Shown in pieces: positions 28,918 to 39,947 of a stretch of 64,000 nt of DNA (position 1 is its first letter; each line of letters opens with the position of its first letter). The stretch spans positions 18,921,292 to 18,985,291 of the forward strand of contig OZ316898.1 of the NCBI GenBank assembly GCA_973895155.1, read 5' to 3'. Origin of the DNA: Marsupella aquatica. Lineage: Eukaryota > Plantae > Marchantiophyta. Below the pieces are notes generated by a model. The model saw only the letters and a list, made by a program, of their open reading frames with translations, did no database searches and was not told where the DNA came from. Made by a program: the position numbers and the translations under genes.

Positions 28918-29190
28918 AACCACAAATCAAATGTTCAGAAGCTTCCTTGAACAAGAAAGTGGTGGTAAAGTATTCAAACTTCTGTGAACTTGGAGAGAGG
29001 GGATCATAAGTATTCTGAAGCTTCCCTTGAACATGAAAGCCACAAATCAAACAGTCCGGAAGCTTCCTTACAAAAGAAAGTGTGGTAAAAGTATTCAAAC
29101 TTCTGTAGACTTCGGGAGAGGGGATAGGGAGTCAAACAAATAAAACTTCTGTTGAACAAAAAAGTGGCGGTCAAATAGTTCAAACTTTTG
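28918..29190. repeat. Degenerate tandem repeat (~60/120 bp period)
   Basis: Recurring ccacaaatcaaa, gaagcttcc.t.ac, gtggt..aagtattcaaacttctgt and gagagggg. Confidence 0.75.
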
Positions 29191-29809
29191 TGAATTTGTT
29201 GCCTCATGTCTGGTGTGGTTTGAGGTGCCTATTTTGGCCTTACCTCCTTTTCAAGGATTTGTTTGCTCTATGTCATGTAATGTAATGTATACTCTAGTTT
29301 GCGACAAAAGTCCACCATTTGTGGCTTACTCTGTAGGGGGGACTCATAGGGCATAACTTGTAAAATTTTGGTATGCAAACTATGCTATGCTTGTGAATAG
29401 TAGAGTGAAGTCACAGGCCATAACTCCTTTACTAACAATTTTGTTTGACTGTGCTTTGCTTCAGAATAGTAGAGTGAAGTCACATGCCATAAGTACTCGA
29501 GTAACAGAAAACATTTAAGATTCAGACTATGCTATGCTTGTGAGTATGGATGGGCATGGGGAGACTGAATATGATAATTGTAATGTAATCATGATTTGAA
29601 ATTTGGCCTGTGCATTAGGCACACTTTATTTACCTTGATTCATCTTCTCCCCAACATTGTCCATTTGGCTCACCTGGTGATGAGGGACCTTGTCTCACTC
29701 TTCTCCTTGTTAGATCACAACTAAAGATGAGCCTCCACAATATGGTTCAAACGGTACTACCAAAACTACCAGGACAGGAAGGTACAGCAATTGTCTAAGG
29801 GCTTTGTTC

Positions 29810-30083
29810 CCGTGTTTTTTTTAGTGGCGAAAATTTGCTAGATTCCATCGCCTAAAAAAACTTTCGCCACTTTTGACAAAATTTGCTACTATTTTGCTGT
29901 CTCATTAGCCAATATTCCACCTAATCGCAGGCCCCATTAGCCAGAATCTAACAGTCAGCCTTAAATCTAGGGAGATCTGATTCAAGAAAATAATTGAATA
30001 GGGAATCTTCTGAGCATCTTCTCTCTCACACACTTCACATTCGCCACTCTGGCTAAAAAGTGAAATCCTTAAAAAATACGCTG
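29810..30083. mobile_element. Non-autonomous hAT-type MITE, 274 bp, with 8-bp TSD
   Basis: Flanked by ctttgttc at 29802-29809 and 30084-30091. Imperfect TIRs ccgtgtttttt / aaaaaatacgctg. The internal sequence recurs at ~9525-9700 and ~21615-21927. Confidence 0.75.
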
Positions 30084-30221
30084 CTTTGTTCCATTCACCC
30101 TCCCCTCACCTTGCCCCACCCTCAGAATTCCCAGTATCCAATAAGCCAATTTAGAATCAAAACCATGGAGGAGCCACCCACTCCAAAATAAGGCTTACCT
30201 AGCGCTGCATTAAGGGGATAT

Positions 30222-30394
30222 CGTGACATATAGTATCGTAGCCATAGTGTATCAAAAACATACAAGTCATCGGCAATGCATATGTGCAAGCTGCTAGCAA
30301 CCAACATGCATAGAAAAAGTCCAATCACATTCACAAGTGCCAAGAAAAAGCAACTGAGGTGGTATGTACGTAGTGGAGGTGTAAACCTCTGTAT
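30222..30394 (-). repeat. Terminal repeat B2 (173 bp)
   Basis: Matches 30758-30930 with about 3 substitutions. Confidence 0.95.
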
Positions 30395-30752
30395 ATAAAA
30401 GGAATAAGAGAAACAATCGTACTGAAATCAAATCGAAAACCGGCAGGATGCCAAGATCAGCTAGGAGCATCTAACGAATCACTGTGTGAATCCCGTGTAC
30501 GGAACCGACGAGCACTGTCTGAGCTCTGTCAACAGCGATTCAAGAAGAACTAAAAACCAACAAAGAAAGACGTGCCCTAAGTAAACAAAGTCTTGGCATC
30601 ACACTAACAAGCGTGTTTGCTTCAAGAACGCCTGGAATTTGCTATAAGAACATGTCGCTAACTCAAGTAGTACACTAGCCCTAACTACATACCTAACGGG
30701 CATGCGAGGGACATGCCGATGTGCATAAGAGGCACTGTCCCTTGGCATGACA
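30395..30752 (-). repeat. Terminal repeat A2 (358 bp)
   Basis: Matches 39946-40303 with about 14 substitutions by eye, mostly transitions, and no indels. Confidence 0.95.
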
Positions 30753-30757
30753 GCTAT

Positions 30758-30930
30758 TGTGACATATAGTATCGTAGCCATAGTGTATCAAAAACATACA
30801 AGTCACCGACAATGCATATGTGCAAGCTGCTAGCAACCAACATGCATAGAAAAAGTCCAATCACATTCACAAGTGCCAAGAAAAAGCAACTGAGGTGGTA
30901 TGTACGTAGTGGAGGTGTAAACCTCTGTAT
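30758..30930 (-). repeat. Terminal repeat B1 (173 bp)
   Basis: Matches 30222-30394. On the element strand it ends ...TGTCACA and is separated from A2 by 5 bp (gctat on +). Confidence 0.95.
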
Positions 30931-30937
30931 CCCCCCC
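30931..30937 (-). other. Putative polypurine tract (G7)
   Basis: GGGGGGG on the element strand abuts the first base of B1 and lies just downstream of the integrase-PHD stop at 30970. Confidence 0.65.
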
Positions 30938-30969
30938 AGACCACAGCCAAAAGGAGGGCTGAAGAAAAG

Positions 30970-32250
30970 TCAGGTAGCACAGGAAGGGCAAAACCATAAC
31001 CCTTCTGGCACCTGGGTAAGTTCAGGCCGAAGGCAGAAAAGATGGTACCCTCCATTGCAATTATCACATAGCAGCATCTGGTCAGCATTGTCAATGCGCA
31101 AACACACTTTGCAAGGGTAGTCCACAGGTGGAATCCACGTAGAAGTCACAATGGTGGGATCTAGGTTAGGCAGATGACAAGGAGCGCAATTCTTGGCATT
31201 GTCAGCAATTGTGCGCCCATCTACCCCTTGTAACTCTAGCACTCCAGACGGTCGAATAGCTTTAACCCTGAGAATAGTACGACTAGTAGAGGTGTCCAAG
31301 GTGTCGTTAGCTTGTCGCTGCAAGTACACAAAATCTCCCACATCAAACTTCCTGACCTTGGGCTGAAAAGTGTCCCCTCGTGTGTGTGCATAACGCAGTG
31401 TGTCCCTGTGCTGTGCAATGGCCAAATTCTCCATGGCCATGGGCATAACCCTCCTGAATAGGGCAGCCCTCTCAAAGATCACATCAGACCAAGTCACAGC
31501 TGAATCCAAGTCCATCACCTGAAGCATGTGAGCAGCAATAGCAGAAGGTGGAACTGGGTGACGATCAAACAATAAGAAGTAGGGAGAAAAATTAGATAGT
31601 GATGCATGTATGGACATCCTATACCCCATGGCAATGTAGGGTAAGGCCAGGTCCCAATCCTCCTTGTTTTTGGTGAGGCAGATTTTCCGGAGGCCCTTCT
31701 TGCATGTCTGAACCATGCGCTCTGCCAAGCCATCTGCCTATGGGTGATCTCGTGATGTCCAGCGATGATCAATGAGGGCCTGATCAAGCAGCTCCTGGAA
31801 CTCTCCTCTAAACTCTGAGCCCTGGTCAGTGAGACATTCTGCACAAGCTCCAAAGCAGCTTAGAACTTGTTGCAGGAATGCCTGGCTAGTGCTACGGGAG
31901 GTCTTATCCGGCAATGCCACAAGTTCTATCCACTTGGAGAAATGTTCTATCATGATCATGATGTAAAGATTACCCCAAGATGTGAGGGGTAATTCTCCAG
32001 CCAATCACATGACCAACGATAAAACATGCCCTGAATAGGGAGTGGATGAAGTGTGGGTTGCCGAGATGTGAAAGAAGTCCTTACCCTATCACACTGCTCA
32101 CACCGGGCAATAACATCTCGAACCTGGCCATGCATGCCTCTCCAATGATAATGAGGGACCAAGAGGCTGTAAGTCCTCTTAACGCCAAAATGACCAAGCT
32201 CAGAATGTACCTTACGGATAAGGCCAACTCTCTCATGAATGGGTGGAACC
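30970..32250 (-). pseudogene. Integrase (HHCC zinc finger + DDE core) with C-terminal PHD finger; frameshift near 32005, in-frame stop at 31738
   Basis: HSELGHFG...CEQC; WSCD/LAG...IEHFSKW; LTDQGSEF; DHP*ADGLAERM. PHD: CKVC...LLCDNC...YHLFC...WFCPSC (C4HC3). Confidence 0.9.
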
Positions 32251-33950
32251 ACCACTTCCCTGTCTGGCAAGCAGCGCACAAGATGATCTCCCTTCCACAA
32301 GTAGCGCTTGGACCTTTGCTGAATTTGGTCTCTCTGGGCAGCAGTAACATGGGTGGGGTACTCCCCATGCTGCAAAAATCTTAGAGTGTCGCTGTCCTCC
32401 CATATGTCCACCACAGGTTGGTCAACAACGTAGCATGGCAGCAAAGCAAGATAGGTAGATGCATGAAATGTAGGCAGGATGAAAACCTGGTCAAAATCTT
32501 GCCGTGCATCTGAGGAATCATCAGAGGCAATCAAAGGGCTGTAAGACATAGTGTCAGCATTTTGATGTGTCACACCAGGCCTATGAATTACCTCAAAATC
32601 ATACTCCTGGAGTATGAGCGCCCAACGAGCAAGCTTGCCAGTAAGCTTGTTGTTGGTCATCAACCACTTCAAGGGCTGGTGGTTGGTGTAGAGGACAAAC
32701 CTGGTCCCATAGAGGTAGGGCCTGTAATGTATGACAGCCCACACAATAGCAAGGCATTCACCCTCATACAAAGAATAATGACTCTCTGCCTGATTGTTGC
32801 TCCTGGATGCATAGGCAATGACGTACTCTTTACCTTCCTCATCATGCTGGCCCAGAATGGCACCAATCCCAAGGGCACTCCAATCTGTGTGTAGCACAAA
32901 GACCTTGCTGAAATCAGGTCTTCTCAGCACTGGGTATTCTGAGAGCTTCTCCTTCAAAGTGGCAAATGCTGCCTCACAGCATCTATACTCCATGTCCAAG
33001 TCACATTCTTTTTCAACAAAGCATACAATGGATGTGCAATGGTACTGAAATCTTTGATGTAGATCCGGTAGTAATTGCACAACCCAATAAAGCTCCTAAG
33101 AGTGTGAACATCAGTAGGAGTGGGCATTTCCAAGATGGATACCAGCTTGGCCCAGTGAGCCATGGTTCCATTTGGAAGAATGCGGTGCCCAAGGTATACT
33201 ACTGATCTGACAGCAAATTCACACTTCTTGGGGTGTATCCTTAGGTTCACCTTCTTAAGCCTCATGAATAGCTCTTCAAGGTCAAGTAGATGCTGGTCAA
33301 ATCCTTTGCTGTGGACCAACACATCATCAATGTAGCATTTCAGAAACTCAGCACCTTGAAGAACCTGGTCCATGACTCTTTGAAAGAATATGGGCGCATT
33401 CTTCAAGCCAAATGGCATCACCAACCACTCCCATAGTTGCTTACTGCCATGGAAAGTTGTTTTCTTGCGGTCCTTTCCAAGCAGCAAAATCTGGTTAAAG
33501 CCTTGCCTTAGATCCACAAGAGTGAAGATGTCTGAGTCTCCAATGCTGTCAAATAGCTCCTTTGGCCATGGCATGGGGTACCTGTCCTGGGGTGTGACCA
33601 GGTTCAATGGCCTATAGTCCCTACACATGCGCTTCTCTGTCCATAATCCACTGGAATCCTTCTTTGCTGGCATCACTGTAGCTACTGCAAAATCTGACGT
33701 AGATGGCTGAATAAGACCAGCTTCATAGAGCTCTTGGCACCTCTCATCCACCAGCTGCCACTCATGCTTACTCAAACGGTGCCTCCACCTGAAGATAGGT
33801 GTTTCATCAGCCAACTCAATGGAGAACTGCATAGTCTTGCACTTACCCAAGTCCTTCATAGAGAAAGCAAACACGTTCTCATGCTTGAGGAGCAAATTCA
33901 GCAGCTGGTCCTTCTGTCTTTTACTCAGGTGGTTGCCCATGATGAATGTG
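32250..33950 (-). pseudogene. Reverse transcriptase + RNase H; frameshift near 32985
   Basis: RMCRDYRPLN, DLRQGFNQI, MPFGLKNAP, YIDDVLV, KKCEF, YLGH, FIGLCNYYR. RNase H: LHTDWSALGIGAIL, IAYASR, EGECLA, KLARWALILQEYDF. Confidence 0.95.
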
Positions 33951-34299
33951 TAGTTGGCAACACTAGGAATAGGACCTGATGTACTCATGCTTGAAGAGCC
34001 AGAAGTGCCAGCCTCTCCACTATCCAAGCTGCTAACATGCTGCTGATAAGGTGATGAGGCCTCTCCAAGGCCTGTTGTACCTGCTGATCTGAGTTGGTCC
34101 ACACCATGAAACTCAGAAATACTGTCAGCCACGTTACAAGGGACCTCCTCTCCCCCAACACTTGGACTGAAGCGGTGAGTGTTGAATAGAGATAAGTGCA
34201 CCTGGTCCGGATGCCATGTAGCAGCACCATGGAGTGGGAGAGCTGGAACTCCAGATGTTGGATGAATGTACATCTGAAAAAGGATGCAAGTGACTAGAA

Positions 34300-35240
34300 G
34301 CCAAGTGAGAGCATTAAGATCCATTACCCTGCCAAGTAAAGCATTCCTGGCCAGCCTGGTGATCTTGGTGTGACTTGTAGTACCGGATTGGAAGCCCATA
34401 GCCCGTTCTCTCTCCTCAGGACTAGGTTCATCCCATGTACCAGTACAATGTCGATAAACCAGGCCAGGACCATCACCCTGAAAGGCATGTGCACTTGGAA
34501 AGGATACAAATGTAGGCCAAGCAGCACGGGGCTGTCCAATGGTATTGGCTGGATACCAAGGTGCTGGCTCTTGCCGTGTAACTGGTTGGCAAGAACTGTC
34601 AGGATCCAAAATCTGGTCCACTGTGAGGTTAGTGTCCCTGGATGTGTGGTGAAGAGCTAACTCCAACAAGGAAGGTGGTGCAAGGTTAGTCCAAAAGTTA
34701 CGAAGACGATGTGCATAAGAACCACAGTGCACTGCATCAATGAGAAGGGGTGGTCCCAAGTAGTGCTGGGCCACACTGAAATCCTCTTTGACCTGTGGAC
34801 GCTAGTCAAACTGAGATGGAGTATTCTCAATGATATAACCAACAACAGGATAAAGGGATTGAGCCCAGGTGAGAATCTGAACCAATGCTGTGAAAAGGCC
34901 AGAACGAGAATCATGCAGTCCAGCACCGTGACCAGCAGCTGAAAACCCTTGGCATTCCCAACCAGCTATGATCAAATCAAGGGAGCCAAGAAGGGTTAAG
35001 TGCCGGTGCTGGACAAGCTGGATATCTGGAGGAAAGAAAGAAAATGCAGACTTCCATGCACTGTGTGGAAACTACTGGGGAAATCGCTCTGAAAATTCCA
35101 GCAGACGGGATTTAGCCACTTGCCTTGCACCTGGATCAATATCCACATAGATGTACTGCTTCACCACCATGCCAGACTGTAGGAGAGCTTCCAGGCCTGT
35201 AGAAATGCCACCAAAAAGCTTAAGCAATGTAAGGCCATCT
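34300..35240 (-). pseudogene. C5 cytosine DNA methyltransferase domain within the polyprotein; in-frame stops at 35072 and 34802
   Basis: Read through the stops in one frame: motif I LKLFGGISTG, II YVDID, III DI, IV DLIIAGWECQGFS, V SGLF, VI IIENT, VIII HRLRNFWTNL, IX ERERAMGF, X RNALLGRVMD. Same frame as the upstream protease and downstream RT. Confidence 0.88.
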
Positions 35241-35499
35241 GAAGGAGGAGTCCATGTAATCGGTGCGCTCAAGATTGGGGCTATTGGTTGGCCATTGTGC
35301 TGCCCAAGGTCCTCAAATTTGTGCAATGCAGCCACCAAAGGTCCATGGGCTGCTTGGAGCCGTTATACCACCTCTGGTTGATGATCCACGTTGCTGGAAA
35401 GTGCTACTATACGTGCAGCAGCATGTGCAGTAGCCACCTCATCATCATCCTCCTCAATCCAATCCTGCAATGGGTGGTTGACATAGGTAGTTGTGTGCG

Positions 35500-35930
35500 C
35501 TGCTTTCAACACACAGTGGTGAGCCATAGGTGTATGGGCACCATGCAAATCAAGTGGAATGTAGCCCAAGTGTGAGCCATCCGTATGCCAATCAACTCTG
35601 TAGTATGCATGCTCATGCCAATTGTCAATGGTAAAACCTGGTGGGAACAAAGCCTCCTGGCCAATGAGCACATCATATGTAGTGGCATTGGTAACCAAAC
35701 ATCTGACTGGGAAATGCAGTTCCTGATCTGTACCTCCATTAAAAGTGAGAGTGAGTAAAGTAGAACTCTCACCCAGCACATCCTCCACAATGCCACTAGT
35801 AGTCCGAATGTGCCACCTGGATTGCTGTAAATGATCAGTCAACAGTCTCATCTTCTTGGCAAACTGAATGCCCAATATCACTGGTTGAGCGCCTGTGTCT
35901 AGCATGACCACCTGAGGAGTGTGACCTCCA
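35500..35930 (-). pseudogene. Retropepsin-type aspartic protease
   Basis: VMLDTGAQPVILG ... YDVLIGQEAL. Confidence 0.85.
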
Positions 35931-38349
35931 ACTTGACCGCTGAATTCCTGTTGTCAACAATGGCAATGGTGGTGGAAACTAAAGTCCTGTCACTAGGCAC
36001 CACTTTTGGCAAATGATGAGGTACCTTGTGAAGGGAGTTAGTGTCCACGGTCTTCCCACTCAACAGCATAGCCAGGAAGGATGGAGCAGCATGACCAGAA
36101 TCAAGAGTAGCTCTGGTCACACAATCTACAACAATACTGTCATCTCTACCATTGGAAATTGGTACTGGGATAGCCAAACCAGTGGAAGCATGTAATGGAG
36201 AAGAAGAAGATCTAGCATGTACATGAGATTGGACCTCCAAAACCGGTGGCACAGGGGCTGATGAAGAATGCAGTGAGCCCTCTAGCGCTCTCATGACAGC
36301 TCTAGCATCCAGTTGTAAATAATGGCAACTAAAAAGTGGAGTTGTAAGAATCCTTTGTGCCATACCGGAGGTGAAATGCTCAAGCAGCTCAGGAGAAACA
36401 ACTCCCTGTGAAATGTTAGCAACACCTGGTGGTGGAATGGATGTAGCTGCAGCTCCCTCCCCCCTCGCCAACAAGGTGCGCTCTTCAGCAAGTGTGAGTG
36501 GCTGAAAAGATTGGGCAGGACAACCCGAGCTCCCTTGGCTCTAGTCATAGGACCGGCAGCAAGACCATCAGCCTGTACAATGTGGCGTGTGGGAGCAATA
36601 CAGGAAGCAGCACTGGCTTGCTGGTAAGCAAAATAGGATGGGCATAATGAATCTGAAAATTCTGCTGTAAGACCAGGCTGTGTAGCAGAGGACAGCACAC
36701 ACTCACCCATATGAGCATCAAATGGCAAGCCATAGAAAGAGCGGGGTAGAGGTGCTGAACTGTCAGTGGTGCCTGGGCCAGGGATAGGTTGCACGTGACC
36801 AGCCGGTTGAGAAGGACCAGTAGAGGCAGTTGACTTGCCTTTGATGTTGGCAAGTTGGGCACGCATGGACTCAACCTCATGAGTCAAAGACTGGAGTTGA
36901 GTTGCCTGTGCGTTGTGAGCCTCCTTCTGAGCTGGTTGCTTCTGTTGCTGCTTGGGCGATTTGTTGGCACCAGGTGCTTTGCCACTGGAAGGAGGAGCAA
37001 CTGAGGCAATAGGAGCCCTCCTAGCTAGTGGGGGAGTGGAAGCAGGAGTAGGATGAGGGGCCTGCTGTCGTAGCTGCTTCCTCTCTGGGAATTTGGCAAA
37101 ACAAACTGCCTCCAAGTGACCCACTTTCCCGCAAAAATCACAAGACAGGTCCTCAGCAACAATATCACATTCATTAGCCTTGTGATTGGGGTTACCACAG
37201 TAGTTGCAAGATGACAGCATGAAAGCAGCATGGGCTGGCTTGGTCTTGGAACCATACTGTGGCACACGGGAAGGGGTGGCCAGTGTAGGGGCAGCAGCCT
37301 GGTACCTGGATCGCGGTGGACGCGCAATACTGGCCTCATAATGTGCATGGGCCAACTCAAGTTTCTCAGCAGTGTCATAGACATTGAGCAGGGTGTAGCT
37401 GTCTCCAAACTCTAGAGAATACTTGCTGCAACACTTGCGAATGGAGAGCTGGTGTGCCCTCCAATGCGCAAAGATAGCGATGAGCAGCTTCCAGGTCAGT
37501 GATGCTCTGAGTGTCCTCCTTCAACTTGAGAAGCCGGCGATACATCATCTTCAATATTTCATCGCGCTGCCTCACAAAGGTGGCCAACTGCATGATTTTG
37601 TCAGCACTCTTGATTGGGAATTCCAATTCAAGAACCTGGAAAAACTCAGCCACTGGATCAACAAAGGCAGGGGAATCAATGGTGGAAGAAATGCCTGATG
37701 TAGCTTGTGCCAAGATAGTGGGAGTAACTGGTGCAGTGGTGGGAACTGGAGTAGGAGGGGAAGTGGCAGGAGCAGCAACATGGGTTGCAATAGCATTCTG
37801 TAATGCCAGTTGTGAAGCAGCCGCAATTGTAGTGGCATAGGCAGGGTTAGGCAATTGTGTGACAGCAAGCAGCCGTTGAGAGTGCTGCTCATACACATCC
37901 AAAGCCTCATGGTGCACATACCTGGCTAGCTGCTTAAATGCAAAAGCATTTGTGAAATTGCTGCCATACTTCAACTCCAATTCGTAAACGATAGTGTAGA
38001 AAGTGGATTTGAACTCATGCAAAGAAACAGTGCCTGGCCGCCCGCTGAAGCGTTCAATGCGGCCAGATGAGTGGCTGGCGTCCATGCTGTATGTCGGTGA
38101 AGTAGGAACAACCACAGATGTAGAAGGGGTAAATGGCAATGAAGTGATAGCAGGCTTTGGAGTAGTGGTGAAGCGACCGCCAAATTGAGCAGAAGGATTG
38201 CGTGGTGTGGGTGCTACTGCTGTCTGCGGACGTCGTCGAAATTGCCGAGACTCCAATGAAATTGGCACCAATGGTCGTGGATCACTCCATAAATGGTACC
38301 TGGGTGTCGGTGGCGATGTGCTACTACCTCCTGGCTCGTCGGCTGACAT
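35930..38349 (-). pseudogene. Gag with two CCHC zinc knuckles plus linker; frameshifts near 37410, 36480 and 35920
   Basis: IERFSG...EF capsid-like start, then CNYCGNPNHKANEC and CDFCGKVGHLEAVC. ORFs 37375-38349, 36291-37355 and 35899-36474 abut or overlap. Confidence 0.8.
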
Positions 38350-38929
38350 GCTCCATGCTCACCCGGGGTGCCAATGGGAAAGAAATTGACAAGAAAAAAG
38401 AATGGCAGCCCCAAGGCTAGGAAATAAAACCCACAAAGGAAACAAACGGTGCGAGGCAGAAATGTGTTGAATGTGTAAACACACAGAAAAACCGTCGTCA
38501 AAGAAAAGACTCTTAAAAACTCCAATTATACCGGTGTTGTGCTTGCTGGATTGACTGTCTAATGAATATGTCGGGCCCTAGCTTTATGCAGATGACACGT
38601 GACGGCAGCAAAGAAATCCGGACAAATGGGCCCTTAAAAACGTAAACCTGGGACCCCCTTAAGTGTATACATCGGCCCTTTCAAATGTATAAACATGGGG
38701 CCCGGTTAAGTGTATACATCGGGCCCTGATGTGGACCCGGGAAGTAGCAAGCAAGACGGAAAAGAGACCGGGCGCGCGTCGGCAGCAAATGGTCGTAGTG
38801 GGGACCGGCCGCGGTGCCCTATGTACATGCCCTCATGGGAGTCTAAAGACCCTCGCGCAGCGGACGAGCGACCACGGAGGAACGGGGGGAAAAAGACGGG
38901 ACCCAAGGCGAGGCGAGAGAAAAGAAAAA

Positions 38930-39465
38930 TGGCCTTAATTGCTCCAGCCCTGCATAGGGCTTTGTGCCATACGCCCTCCTTAGTCCTTATGACCTCCCGA
39001 AAAGGGAGGCTACGAGCTCCCCCTCAATCCACTCCTTAAATGCTTCCGTGCCTTGCAGAGTGGCAGAAGGACTCCAGGGAAAGGAGTCGAATTTAACTCC
39101 CCCCCTCTTTAATTCTCCATAGGGCCTCGTGCCCTCCTTGCGCTTCAACTCCCCCTCCTCCTTGCTTTTGCTTGTGCTTGGCTGCCCCTCCCCCTGCTTT
39201 AATGCTGCTTAGGGCCTCGTGCCCTCTCCTGGCACTCTCGCTCCCCCTTTAATGCTTCATAGGGCCTTGTGCCCTCTCCCTGCACTCGTGCTTTGGCTCC
39301 CCCTCCCCTTTAACGCTGCTGAAAGTGGGCTCTATGCCCTGCAGGACGACTCCCGAGAGAGGGAGTCAAATGTACTCCCCCTTTAATGCAGCATAGGGCT
39401 TCGCGCCCCCCCCTTTCGCTTCCCCCTTCCCTTGTTAATTCTTCAGAGTCCTCTGTGCCTTCTCC
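38930..39465. repeat. Degenerate tandem array in the element 5' leader
   Basis: About 7 copies of a ttaa(t)gct.catagggcct.gtgccctc-like unit at ~38935, 39109, 39199, 39249, 39310, 39383 and 39435. Confidence 0.75.
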
Positions 39466-39933
39466 TCTCGGCTCCCGGCTTGTACTCGCTGCCCCGAAAG
39501 AGTCATTAAAATGTAAGGCAAAAGGTGAAGGGAAAGAAAATGAGGGGAAGAAACAGGCGCGCGGCCCTATGCACTCGGGAGGTATTCGCGAGGTGGTCGC
39601 GCTGCGGCCGAGGCAGGATGGCAGCCGTGGCCAGCAAAAGAAACACCAAAAAAATGGCCCAAAAAAGGTCGTGGCAGGCGCTGAAGCAGCAGTTGGCAGC
39701 GGCCGGAAACGAAAAACCATGAAAGCAAAGCGCGAAGGAAAAGAGGGGGGGGGGGGCTGTTTGACTTAAGTGTATATACTTAAGTGTATACACAAAAGTC
39801 ATAACTTCCACCCCATCGCTCAATGTTTTTCCATAGAAATTGCACCGGCATCAACGAAAAAGTGTCAATTGTCTCGAGAAATTGAGAAGCACAGCGTCTC
39901 TGATCTTCTTCCCTTCACCGCTAACCCAGCGGC

Positions 39934-39947
39934 AGTTCTTCTTGAAT
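39934..39947 (-). other. Putative self-priming primer-binding site
   Basis: agttcttcttgaat (39934-39947) is the exact reverse complement of attcaagaagaact (40089-40102) inside repeat A1. It sits at the inner edge of A1, where a PBS is expected. Confidence 0.65.

Noticed and set aside
34300-35240. A host DNMT3/DRM gene or a bacterial restriction-modification contaminant
   Set aside because: The domain is intronless, in frame with protease and RT, enclosed by the terminal repeats and decayed like the rest of the element.
39900-39945. tRNA-Met type PBS
   Set aside because: No TGG(TATCAGAGC)-like sequence follows A1 on the element strand.
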